A model generated the notes under the pieces. The model was given only the letters and a program-made list of their open reading frames with translations. It had not been told where the DNA came from and made no database searches. Below, one piece after another: positions 19,513 through 29,571 of a stretch of 35,931 nucleotides of DNA (position 1 is its first letter; each line of letters begins with the position of its first letter). The DNA lies in assembly GCA_964598195.1 (NCBI GenBank), contig CAZRBF010000001.1, positions 5,696-41,626 of the forward strand, in the 5' to 3' direction. The translations under genes were made by a program, and so were the position numbers. The stretch comes from an uncultured Candidatus Peribacteria bacterium (GTDB lineage Bacteria > Patescibacteriota > Gracilibacteria > BD1-5 > UBA2023).

Positions 19513-20535
19513 ATGTTCAATAATCTTTTCAGTGATCAATTTATCGATGTTATTCGTTGGGATAATCCAGAACCAGATTTTCTTATAAAAAAATGGAGTC
19601 AGAACCTTGACGAGATAAAAAACAGCTCGAGTCTCGTAGTAGATCCGGGTCTTTCTGCTATCTTTATTCATAATGGTAAGGTTGAGGCGATTCAAACAGA
19701 GTCATGAAAATGGACTCTTGACACTTCTAATGTCCCATTTTTATCCAGTCTCAAAAACTTTATGAGTGGGATGGAGACTCACGATAAGGCACAAGTGTAT
19801 TTTATTAAAACCAACGAGATTACGAACCAAAAGTGGGGAACTCCGAACTGTATTACATATATCGACCCGATTTATAATTTCCCAGTGGAACTCCGTGCTT
19901 TTGGTAATTTTACATTTCGTATCACAGATATAGAAAACTTCTGGGTCAATTATGTGGCGAATAGAGAGAGCGTTTCTACAGATACCATTCGTATGGTAAT
20001 CGTCGATCGTCTCGTTGGAACCATCGCTTCTATACTCGCAAAGAAATCTATTGCATATACTGAGATTGCAAAATATGGACCAGAGATTGCAAAGGATCTC
20101 ATGGAAGCCACAAAGGAAGAATTTGCAAAATTTGGTCTTTCTCTCACAGATTTCCGTATTGAAAATACAAATTTCACCGAAAAAACTCAGGGATTCATCG
20201 ATAAAGTAACTTCTAAGAGTGCCGACGTTGCAGCCATTAATACGACTGCAAATATTAATCAAAGTGCCATGCATAATTACTCAAATATCGAGAAGCTCAA
20301 TATCGCCTGAAAGGCTGCCGAAAATGGTGGTGCAATGGGTGATATGATGGGTGCTGGTATGGGCATGGCAATGGGTGCTTCTATGGCTGGAAGTTTATCT
20401 GGTAAAATCGATACCCAGGAGGTTTCAGTATCGCCAGCTTCTAAACTGGAAAAAATAAAAGAACTCTTGGATAAGTGACTCATTTCCCAGGAGGATTATG
20501 AGAAGAAAAAATCAGAAGTTCTCTCTCAAATATAA
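19513..20535 (+). CDS. SPFH/Band-7 family protein of the YdjI type with C-terminal SHOCT domain
   Basis: Fragments 19513..19707 and 19762..20310 plus the tail are one frame joined by TGA codons. The N-terminus MFNNLFSDQFIDVIRWDNPEPDFLIKKW...EIKNSSSLVVDPGLSAIFIHNGKV is YdjI-like. A Gly/Met-rich linker leads to KLEKIKELLDK(G)LISQEDYEKKKSEVL, a SHOCT motif. TAA at 20533-20535. Alternative ATG at 19507. Confidence 0.8.
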
Positions 20536-20557
20536 TTCCTTTAAATCCTTATCCGCA

Positions 20558-22054
20558 ATGCTTCTTTTTATCGTCGCCCTCATAGCTATATCGGGTATTC
20601 TTTATGAACTTCTTATTTGAACTTTGAGTTCGTACTTGATAGGAGATAGCGTGGCACAATTCTCTCTTACGATTGGGTTGTTTATGACAGGCATGGGTAT
20701 CTGAGCTTATCTTTCTCGATATCTTCAAAAAAAGGCCTTAAAATCATTTTTTTGGATAGAGATTATCCTCGCGATTCTCGGAGGAAGTTCCATTATTCTC
20801 TTGAAGCTTGGTTATACGTATCTTTTTTCTGTAGAACTGAGTTTTTATTCTCTTTATACCATACTTACCCTTCTTATAGGTATCCTCATAGGTATAGAAA
20901 TACCTCTTGTGATGCATATATATAAGATTCTTGGTACCTCAAGAGAAGAGGATGTCTCAAATATTTTTACATTTGATTATATAGGAGCTCTCCTTGCGAG
21001 CCTCATATTTCCTTTTGTACTTCTTCCATATTTGTGAGTATACAATACTGGGGTATTTGTGTGATGTTTAAATCTCATTGCTGCTTGATTATATTTGATA
21101 GCAATACGAAGGGTACTACAAAAAAATGCTTTTATGTGGTATCTACTTACTTGTTTATTGGCTGGAATATATTTGCTAAGTTTGCTTTTCATGGGAGAAC
21201 GACTCGAATCATTCTTTATGAGATCATATTACAAGGAGCCAATTCTGTTTCATGAACAGTCTCCTTATCAGAGTATAGTGCTCACAAAGCGATGAGAAGA
21301 TGTACGACTTTTCCTCAATGGAAACCTCCAGTTTCTCTCTCTCGATGAAGGAAGGTATCATGAGTCACTCATAGATTGGCCGATGAAACTTCTCGCTACA
21401 CAACAAAATATCAATGTTCTTGTCCTTTGAGGTGGGGATGGTTTAGCAGCAAGAAATCTGCTTGCTTATAAAAATATCCAATCTATCACGTTGGTTGATC
21501 TTGATCCACGGATGGTAGAACTTGCCAAGAGTCAAAAAGAACTCCTTATACTCAATAAGTCAAGCTTCCTCGATCCCCGTGTTAAGATAGTCGTATGAGA
21601 TGCCTTTGCATATGTAAAAAAGGAATCAGCTAATCAATTCGATCTCATCGTAGCAGATTTTCCTGATCCACGGGATGTTGGAACTGCTAAGCTCTATTCT
21701 CAGGAGTTTTATATAATGACGAAGTCTTTGCTTCGAGATTCATGAATTTTTGTCACTCAAGCAAGCAATGCCTTTTTCTCGAAAGAAAGTTTTTGGAGTG
21801 TTGAGAAAACGATGAAAGTTGTATTTCAAAACACAAGGCCGTATCATAGATACATTCCAAGTTTCGGAGATTGGGGATTTATTCTTGCTTCAAAGAACGT
21901 AGATAGACTCGTAGATGTAAATTTCTGCAATAGTTCCAGGTGTGACTATTTTGATACAGACTATATGCCAACTGAAATTATTGAGGAAAATACCCTAGAA
22001 AAACCAGTCATTATCCAGTACTATATGCGTGGATACAAACGTTTTAATTTATAA
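20558..22054 (+). CDS. speE: membrane-anchored polyamine aminopropyltransferase (spermidine-synthase domain fused to N-terminal multi-TM domain)
   Basis: ATG 20558 and fragments 20801..21037, 21095..21295 and 21812..22054 are one frame joined by about nine TGA codons. N-terminal TM region LSGILYELLI(G)TLSSYLIGDS. Catalytic region SPYQSIVL...LFLNGNLQF...VLVL(G)GGDGLAARN...ITLVDLDP...IVADFPDP. Confidence 0.85.
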
Positions 22055-22065
22055 CCCTCTTTTTC

Positions 22066-22650
22066 ATGACCTCATCTTTTCAATGTCCTTCGTGTGGGAG
22101 TCCCATAGAATTTGATGCAAAATATGCTCGAATAGTGAGTTGTGTATACTGCCATACTGTTTTAGAATTTGGGACAGGGGAACTTACTATCGTCTGACAA
22201 CAGAGCGAGTTTATTGATTTTCCGAGTATTTTCATAGTAGGTTCAACTACTCCATATAAAGGCAAAAATATCTTTGTTCATGGACTTATTCGATATGAGT
22301 ATGATGGAGGTTTTTTTGATGTATTTTTCGCAGAAATTGATGGAAAAAAGCTTTTTATCCAAGAGGATGATGGCTCGATAACTTTTTTTCAGGAATCAGA
22401 TTGGGTGGATGCTCCATTTGAATTGGACCTTTCTATGGTGGGAAAATCACTCGTAATAGATGGAAGTAATTACTTTATCCAAGAAACCTGAGTTCAAAAA
22501 GTAGTAAATATCAAGGGGAGTATTGATTCGCTTTTTGTACCAAATAAAGAATATGAATACTATGATGGCACTACAAATGGGAATCAGATTTTTATTAGGA
22601 GAAATCCTGAAACGAAACAGATTCGAGTAGGAAAAGAAATCAGTATTTAG
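22066..22650 (+). CDS. Zn-ribbon plus DUF4178-domain protein (second copy)
   Basis: ATG 22066 gives MTSSFQCPSCGSPIEFDAKYARIVSCVYCHTVL, then KGKNIFVHGLIRYEYDGGFFDVFFAEIDGKKLFIQEDDG. There are two internal TGA codons and TAG at 22648-22650. Invisible in the standard-code track. Confidence 0.7.
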
Positions 22651-22664
22651 CCATAACAAAAGAT

Positions 22665-23303
22665 ATGCTCGAAATATTTATTCCAACAGAAATTCCCGAT
22701 ATCCTCTCGCTCCATTTGATAGAACCAGGTTTTTTCTCATTGGTGAAGGCTCATTTTCCTGTGACTATTACTCCATTTGAGTCACCGTTTTTTCAGGGTT
22801 TCCATATTCAAACAACGAGTGAATCTCAGGATATAGTATCTCTCTGTAATGGTTCATTCTGAACAGACTATTTCATAGATTATGATTGGCAGAATTCTCA
22901 GATCACCTCGCTCGGAAAGCGTTTTTTTCAACCAGATTCCATAGGAATGGAACTTACATCTATATCGAATGATTTTGATTCTATCGTTCAGACTTTGAGT
23001 TCTGATTATCTTTTGACGAAGTCGAAAAAAGAGGAAAGTATTAGAAAGATTAAACACTCATTTTTTCTTCTTTCTGGAGTTGTTTTTAATCTCGTGGAAC
23101 TTCGTAGAAAAGTTCGAGAGAATATCCATGAACTTGAAGCTCTGGCAAATGATTCAGAACAAAAAATCGAGTATCAAAGCCATGGGGCTTTACTCATAGA
23201 GCCTCTTCGAACCAAAGAGATAGAACTGACTGCGAGTCTTGGTACACTCGAACAAAAAGTCGCTCTTTTTATAGACGCAACGAAACATTTTATAACCACA
23301 TAA
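22665..23303 (+). CDS. hypothetical protein (212 aa)
   Basis: ORFs 22665..22862 and 22947..23303 share a frame and are joined by TGA 22860-22862. TAA stop. No recognised motif; the C-terminal half is helical. Confidence 0.55.
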
Positions 23304-23308
23304 TTTCT

Positions 23309-23539
23309 ATGTTTCAATACGAAAAAAACGAAGAAGGGTATTGGATTTGGTCAGAGAAGATGACCGGGAAATATGGTCCATTTCAAGGAATTTATGTCAA
23401 AAATACGATCCACGGGCATTTCCCCGCTACATTTGATGTATCGAAGTATCCAGGGTATAAATATGCTCTCGGAAATGGGGTGGAAAATATTTTTCTCTTA
23501 TCACTGACAGAGTGTGAGGATATATTTCGTTCTATATAA
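23309..23539 (+). CDS. hypothetical small protein (76 aa)
   Basis: Intact ORF 5 nt after the previous stop. MFQYEKNEEGYWIWSEKMTGKYGPFQGIYVKN.... TAA stop. Confidence 0.45.
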   Translation: MFQYEKNEEGYWIWSEKMTGKYGPFQGIYVKNTIHGHFPATFDVSKYPGYKYALGNGVENIFLLSLTECEDIFRSI

Positions 23540-23636
23540 GACATATAAGAAGGAAAAAGATAAGATAAAAACTTTTGCATAACCTCTCACCATAGTATAT
23601 ACTGATTTCGCTTATTTTTTAAAATCATTTTTTCAT

Positions 23637-24746
23637 ATGGCAGATACACAAGTAAAAACACAGGATCCAGCAACTCAGGCTGCGGTTACAGAAATGAAGA
23701 TTATGACTCTCGGTGCTCTTGAACGAGCCGAAGTAGAGGCAACTTTTGCTGAGGCAAAAGACTTTCGATCCATCGGAGAAAAGATTACTGCTCCACTCGA
23801 TAGTATTATCTCCGAAACTGCGAAGATCATCGACAAGGATCCGATAATGAATGTAAATGAGGAACTCCAAACCATGAATACCTCCGTTCAGGCAGTGTAC
23901 AAGGAGATTATCGACAATGACGGAACTATTATGAAGATTGCGAAATCTATTCCACTCATCAGCGGGCTCGCAAAAACACTCGATGCTAAGTGGGACGAGG
24001 CAAGTTTCAATGTAAAATCACTCGAAGGGAAAATCGGAGTTATTTTCTCCGGATTTGACCAAGCATATACGAGTCTGAATACCTCGATCGATATGCAAAA
24101 ATCCTTTCTCGATGGAATCGAAGCCAATATCGGCAAGGTCGTTGCTTACAAGGAATTTCTCGCTGAAAAGATTCTGGAGTTCAAATCAAAAGGAGAATTG
24201 GCAACCAGCGAAGACGAGAAGATGAAATATGATATGTTCCTCCGAAATGTGGAATTCTTTCAGTCCAACCTCGTAGTCCTCATCGGAAACCTCGAGCTTG
24301 CTCGAAAACGTCTTCTGATTCGACTTGATAGTGCCGCAAAGCTCTCTCTTGCGATGAATTCGTCACGACCCATATTCAAAACTCTCCTCTCTACTGCCCT
24401 CATTGAAACCTCTTCACAGAAAGCTCTCGAGGCAAGTATTAAGGCCATAGGAGTTATGGGTGAAACCATCGACAAGATGTCCTCAGGACTCACTGACAAG
24501 GCGATCGAGTCCAGTCGTCGAGCCGAAGAGATGTCTTCCAAGCCGGTTCTCTCGACGTCCGTATTCATCGAAAATGTCACCAAGCTCAAGAATCACTTCG
24601 AGGAAATCGATGCATACCGAGCTCAGGTGAAAATCGAAGCTGACAAAGAGAAAACTCTTTTTGCTGAAGCTAAGACCAAACTTGACAACATCAAGACTAT
24701 CTCCAAGAAAAATCAGGAAGAACTTGCAGAACAACTTTCACAGTAA
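23637..24746 (+). CDS. TelA-family (toxic anion resistance / YaaN-YceH-like) protein
   Basis: 369-aa all-helical ORF. Its length and helix pattern fit TelA (for example LRNVEFFQSNLVVLIGNLELARKRLLIRLDSAAKL..., IETSSQKALEASIKAIGVMGETIDKMSSGLTDKAIESSRRAEE, VLSTSVFIENVTKLKNHFEEIDAYRAQ). TAA stop. No TGA codons. Confidence 0.65.
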   Translation: MADTQVKTQDPATQAAVTEMKIMTLGALERAEVEATFAEAKDFRSIGEKITAPLDSIISETAKIIDKDPIMNVNEELQTMNTSVQAVYKEIIDNDGTIMKIAKSIPLISGLAKTLDAKWDEASFNVKSLEGKIGVIFSGFDQAYTSLNTSIDMQKSFLDGIEANIGKVVAYKEFLAEKILEFKSKGELATSEDEKMKYDMFLRNVEFFQSNLVVLIGNLELARKRLLIRLDSAAKLSLAMNSSRPIFKTLLSTALIETSSQKALEASIKAIGVMGETIDKMSSGLTDKAIESSRRAEEMSSKPVLSTSVFIENVTKLKNHFEEIDAYRAQVKIEADKEKTLFAEAKTKLDNIKTISKKNQEELAEQLSQ

Positions 24747-24757
24747 TTGGAATATAA

Positions 24758-24790
24758 ATCTCTCCCGAGTTCTCGGGAGAGATTTTTTTT
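24758..24790 (+). terminator. strong rho-independent terminator after the TelA-family gene
   Basis: atctctcccgag / ctcgggagagat is a 12-nt inverted repeat with 2 nt between the arms, followed by T8. Confidence 0.85.
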
Positions 24791-24811
24791 AAAAATAATT
24801 TTTTTAAGGAT

Positions 24812-25555
24812 ATGGAAGAACTATCTAATACTGCTCTACAAGAAATAAAAGACTTACAACAAAAAGATGTTTTTCAATTTGTTTTGGTTCACTTTTGAAT
24901 ATTGCTATTATCTTTATTTGTAATATTTTTTGTATCGTCTATTATCTCTGGAATATTGAATTTAAGTAGGGATTTCTTTGGATTGAGTTTAGTGTGATAT
25001 TCTATCGCAGCTATTATCTATGCAGTATGGATTTTTTATACTATTTTTTTCAGATATGATCGTATGATCAATAGATTTAATCAAGAAATTCAAATTATTA
25101 AAAATAAAAAAGATTTTATAGAAGAACAATTTATGGAACTTACATGATATATAGAGAAGGATATTAATGAGATGGGTATTGATAATTGATTGGTAATGAA
25201 AATAAAAATGAGCATTGATACTATTCGTAACAATATCACAGACTATGTAGTATCTGTAAAAAAACTTGGAATTAGCAAAGAATTCTCTTGATTGATAGTT
25301 AACTCTAAAAAATTTCTTGATTTACAAGTAAAGTTTACCACTTCTATTTTACAGGAGATGAATTTTTGACAACAAAATTTAATACAACTTATCCAATCCT
25401 GGATCTCCCATCATGCAACAGAACTTGCAGAACTCGAAAAACAGATAGCATCACAGGAGCTTGCTACTGAAAATACCGGATGAAAAGTAGCTCTTGAGAT
25501 TTCAAGAATCTCCTTGCAGGAGCATTTGAAGGAGTTAGAGAAGGTGAGGGTTTAA
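24812..25555 (+). CDS. array paralog A: 2-TM membrane protein with conserved C-terminal helical module (XpaC-like architecture, unverified)
   Basis: ATG 24812 opens a 247-aa frame through eight TGA codons to TAA 25553-25555. TMs: VLVHF(G)ILLLSLFVIFFVSSII and SLV(G)YSIAAIIYAVWIFYTIFF. C-terminus: QSWISHHATELAELEKQIASQELATENTG(G)KVALEISRISLQEHLKELEKVRV. Confidence 0.7.
25394..25555 (+). repeat. 162-nt conserved 3' coding module, copy in paralog A
   Basis: caatcctggatctcccatcatgcaacagaacttgcagaactcgaaaaacag...ggagcatttgaaggagttagagaaggtgagggtttaa aligns colinearly with 27006..27167 and 27837..27998. Confidence 0.85.
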
Positions 25556-25571
25556 AAATAACTTATGTGTT

Positions 25572-26342
25572 ATGGTATGATGAATAAATGATAGAACTAA
25601 TCCTCAGATAGAGTGATTTATTCTGAAATTATCAGATCGAAGTATATCGTATCAGGTAATAAAATATAGAATCTTCGCTCTTGCTCTATGTAGTTTTTTG
25701 TATCTTGGAGGATTTATATCTGGGCTCTTTTGATCTAGTATTTTGACATTACCTTTCTGGATTATATGAATCTATTTTTTGCTCTTTTTACCACCAAAAA
25801 ATGAAATTGAAGGTATTATAAACTATACCGTATATCAAATGAGAGTTATCGGAGAACAAAAAATGGCTCTTCAAGATTCCTTTGATCACTTTCTTGAATT
25901 AGGAAAGAACGATTTTAGGGAAACATGAATTAATCCTATACTGGTAACAGATACTGCCAATGAAATTAATGGCATTTCTACAAAAGTACAAACATTCCAA
26001 AAACTTCTCACTGATTTTGATAAGGATATAAGGATATCTGGCAAAGAATGATCCGGTGTACCTCCGATGATGGTTCGTTTTATTCGTTGGCACTTTGCAG
26101 ATATAATTAAAGATTTTATCGTTTCTCAGCAAGAATGGATTAAAGGCGCTGTTCCTATTTTCTCTAAATGAATACAAGCCTTTCTTACAAACCATGCCAA
26201 TGAATTAAAAGAACTTGATACATCTATTTTGAAGCAGGCAGAATTGACGGAGAGCCTCTCAGGACAATGAGTATTAGATCTTCAGAAAGTTCGACTCGAG
26301 AAGCATATCGAGAATCTTGATAAGGTACGAGCAAGATTATAA
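25572..26342 (+). CDS. array paralog B (divergent member)
   Basis: ATG 25572 opens a 256-aa frame through about ten TGA codons (translated codon by codon) to TAA 26340-26342. There are two TMs. C-terminus: QAFLTNHANELKELDTSILKQAELTESLSGQ(G)VLDLQKVRLEKHIENLDKVRARL. Confidence 0.65.
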
Positions 26343-26363
26343 TCTTATTTTTAAAATTTGAAT

Positions 26364-27167
26364 ATGAAACAACACTACATGGAACCAGACATAGAAAAAT
26401 ACGTCACCACTCGCCAAAATCATCTGGAATATAAACGGTTTCAAGGGCTATTTCTTATTGACATTATAGGATATGAAGCATACGCCAATATGAAATCTTC
26501 TCTTTTTTCGGAGTGGTTATTTTCTAAAATTACCATACATTTATTCTCTATTTTTCATATTTTTTGATGATTTTTGCCTATTTTATATTGATGTTATCGT
26601 GTGTATTCTGAACAATCTCTTGAGTCCCTTACATTTCTGTTATTCTTCGTAGCCTTTTGAATAGGATTAATTCATACAGGATATAAATCTTTCCGCAGAA
26701 TAGCCGTATATAAGAAAACTCTCCGTTATCTTGAATCGAAAGATACTATCGTGAGCGAAAGAGAAAAGCTCGAAACAAGCATAGCAAACGATGTAAATAA
26801 TGGTTGAATAGATGTGGCTATTTTGTGGGATATCAAAAAATGCATAGTCTCTATCCTTGAATGATATCGGATTATATCAGTCTCGCATGAATATATATTG
26901 AACCATAAGTGATATTTTGGAAGAATATCCCGAGAATGACAAGAGGTTATCAATAAAGAGTTTCAATGGATTGTCGCTTACTCACAGGAATTTACTCTCC
27001 TTGTTCAATCCTGGATCTCCCATCATGCAACAGAACTTGCAGAACTGGAAAAGCAGATGGAATGACAGGAGCTTTCGACAGAGAATACTGGTTGAAAAGC
27101 AGCACTCGAGATTTCGAGAATATCACTACAGGAGCATTTGAGGGAGTTGGAGAAGGTGAAGGTTTAA
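26364..27167 (+). CDS. array paralog C
   Basis: ATG 26364 (ORF 26358..26567 is its first fragment). The frame was checked codon by codon through twelve TGA codons to TAA 27165-27167. C-terminus: QSWISHHATELAELEKQME(G)QELSTENTG(G)KAALEISRISLQEHLRELEKVKV. Confidence 0.7.
27006..27167 (+). repeat. 162-nt conserved 3' coding module, copy in paralog C
   Basis: Same length and register as the copies in A and D. Similarity between C and D extends about 50 nt further upstream (from about 26958 and 27789). Confidence 0.85.
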
Positions 27168-27206
27168 TTTGGGGTGAGATTTTTTAAAAAGTAATAACCA
27201 TAAGAT

Positions 27207-27998
27207 ATGGATGCTAATAATCTTGAGGATAAATATACTGAATTTCAGACATTATTACTCATTGACCTTATGTGAAATACGACCTATGAGAAGATGAAAT
27301 CATCTCAATTAACAACATTAACATTTTATAAATTTACTATAATTCCGTTAATTCAAATAATCATATGATTATTTATATGTCTCGCTATCATGTGAGAATA
27401 TTTTGATGTAATATTTGGACACTCTGATTTAGTAAAAGATGGATGATTTTCTACGAGCCTAGTTCTCTTTGTTCTATTTTTTTCTTTGGCTTTTTATTGA
27501 TATATAAAGCTCCGTAAGATATTTTTATATAAAAATATTTTTTACTATCTTGACAGCAGAGATTCTATCATTTCTGAAAATAAAAATTTTGAAATTCTTA
27601 TCAAAGAAGATTTTGATAAACACTGAATAGACGCGGACATTATCCTGCGGATTAAAAAATCTATCTCATCTATTCTAAAAGGTTATGCTTTGATTTCAAA
27701 ATACCACAAAGGCACCCAAGAACAGTTATTGAAAATAGGTATGCTTATGCGTATATTTAATGGATGATTAATGAAGATGATTGATAGTGAACTTCAATGG
27801 ATTGTTGACTATTCGCAAGAATTTACTCATTTTGTCCAATCCTGGATCTCTCATCATGCAACCGAGCTCGCAGAACTCGAAAAACAGATAGCATCACAGG
27901 AGCTTTCAACGGAGAATATTTGAGGAAAAGCTGCTCTTGAGATTTCGAGAATGTCACTTCAGGAGCATTTGAAGGAGTTGGAGAAGGTGAGGGTTTAA
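27207..27998 (+). CDS. array paralog D
   Basis: ATG 27207 opens a 263-aa frame through eight TGA codons to TAA 27996-27998. It is homologous to C along its whole length (LLIDLM(G)NTTYEKMKSS versus LFLIDIIGYEAYANMKSS). C-terminus: QSWISHHATELAELEKQIASQELSTENI(G)GKAALEISRMSLQEHLKELEKVRV. Confidence 0.7.
27837..27998 (+). repeat. 162-nt conserved 3' coding module, copy in paralog D
   Basis: Same length and register as the copies in A and C. By eye it is roughly 85-90 percent identical at nucleotide level. Confidence 0.85.
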
Positions 27999-28062
27999 AA
28001 TAATTTGTATTAACGTACTGAATTACTATAATCATACTATTTACTCATTATTAGTCCATCCC

Positions 28063-29340
28063 ATGCCCATCTCCATCCCACCAGAGCTTTCCTCAAGAAA
28101 TTCGCTCATTCGAGAGTCCGTTGAATCCAGGGGATTCTATCTCTATAACTGGATATCGTTTGAAGAGCTTCGCAAGACGGTTGCGAGGGACTATCTATGG
28201 CTCCTCTCCAGGCTTCTTGTGCCCTTTGGAATAGTCGTAATCCTTGGAGGATTGTACGATTTTTATGTCCTTTGAGACACGAGATTTATCTGGACGATTA
28301 TCTGACTCACTGGAGTGTATACTCTCATATTTTTGGTGATCATCTTTCGCATGATTGCACGATCGTGGACCTTTCTTCATATTTCAAATATAGTATTTAC
28401 CGATACCCATCTTTGAATCGGTGGTCAAATAGTTCCTTATAAGGAGTATGATACAATGAGCGAACAGATTCGTGAATGGGGTGACGAATTTGAAGAAGAA
28501 TTCATGATGCCATCTAAGATAGACGAAAAAATTGGGCAATTCAAGGCCCGGGTATTTACGTGGGGTGCGAGCAAAGAGGAGAAGAAGACAAAAAAAGAAA
28601 CTTCTATGTTAGACAGCTGTGGGAGCTTTGATGGATGTGGAAAGTCAAATAGCTGTGGGGGTCCTGATTGCTGAGACGTTGGAGATGGAGCAATCGTTTT
28701 TGTCGTGATTGTTTTCTGACTCATTGCTGCATACTGGATTTCCATACGAGTATTCTACGCTCTCGGGTGGATACTTTCTTTCCTCATCGGGTGGATATTT
28801 GTTGGTATCATGAAGATGATCGTGATAGTACAATGACGCGAAGAGATGAAAATCCAAGGACTTTTCGAGAAGCTTGAAATACTCGCAAGTGAACTTATTT
28901 CGTCGAAAAATATGATTGTAAAAAGTCTTAAAAGTGCTAATGAATGAGCATGGGACGAGTGAACCAAATGAGTGGTGGATAAGTTTAGTATGACTATCGG
29001 GAAAGCATGGACAGGGATCAATCTTGTGAAGAAACTAAAATCTACACTTGAAAGTTCGAAATACACGAGTATATTTAATTATGAGACATTCGATCTTTGG
29101 ACCAAGGGTCAGATTCTTGAACCCATTAATGAGATGATAGAACTACAGAGTACTTCGCTCAGAAAACTCGAGGATTCTATTTTTACTCTCAAAAATCAGA
29201 TACAAGAGACTCAGAATCCAGCTTTTGTAATTCTACTTGAAACGCAACTCAAACGATTGGAGATCCAACGAAAGCCACTCGAATCTATGCAAGATCAGTG
29301 GAAGGGGGTAGGGGCGAAGATTATTGTTGGAAAGTTTTAA
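28063..29340 (+). CDS. array paralog E: ~4-TM membrane protein (425 aa), long form of the same family, with Cys/Gly-rich insert
   Basis: Fragments 28063..28275, 28456..28674 and 28972..29340 are one frame joined by TGA codons. N-terminal motif PPELSSRNSLIRESVESRGFYLYNWISFEELRK. C-terminal module IFNYETFDLWTKGQILEPINEMIEL...LLETQLKRLEIQRKPLE. TAA stop. Confidence 0.7.
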
Positions 29341-29352
29341 CCTTCACTTTTT

Positions 29353-29568
29353 ATGTTTAAGAATTTTGCTATATCACTCATAGAACTCTACCAGATCTAC
29401 TTCAGTCGAGATCATTCCTTTTGGCGAACCTCAGATACTCGCAGAATCTGCAAGATGCAACCAAGTTGCAGTCAGTATACTCGAGAACAGATAGGGAAAT
29501 ATGGAGCATTGAAAGGAATGTATCTCGGATGGAATCGGGTTCGGAGTTGTGGGAAAAGTAGGAAGTAA
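29353..29568 (+). CDS. yidD: membrane protein insertion efficiency factor YidD
   Basis: 71-aa ORF. LIELYQIYFS...CKMQPSCSQYTREQIGKYGALKGMYLGWNRVRSCG matches the YidD signature (LIxxYQ, C-x-PSCSxY, G..KG, R...C). Confidence 0.85.
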   Translation: MFKNFAISLIELYQIYFSRDHSFWRTSDTRRICKMQPSCSQYTREQIGKYGALKGMYLGWNRVRSCGKSRK

Positions 29569-29571
29569 TTA

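Noticed and set aside
25394-27998. Regularly spaced repeats that could be taken for a CRISPR array or IS ends.
   Set aside because: The repeats are 162 nt long, spaced about 830-1610 nt apart, lie in frame at the 3' ends of paralogous genes and encode the conserved protein module. There are no short direct repeats with unique spacers, and no cas or transposase genes.
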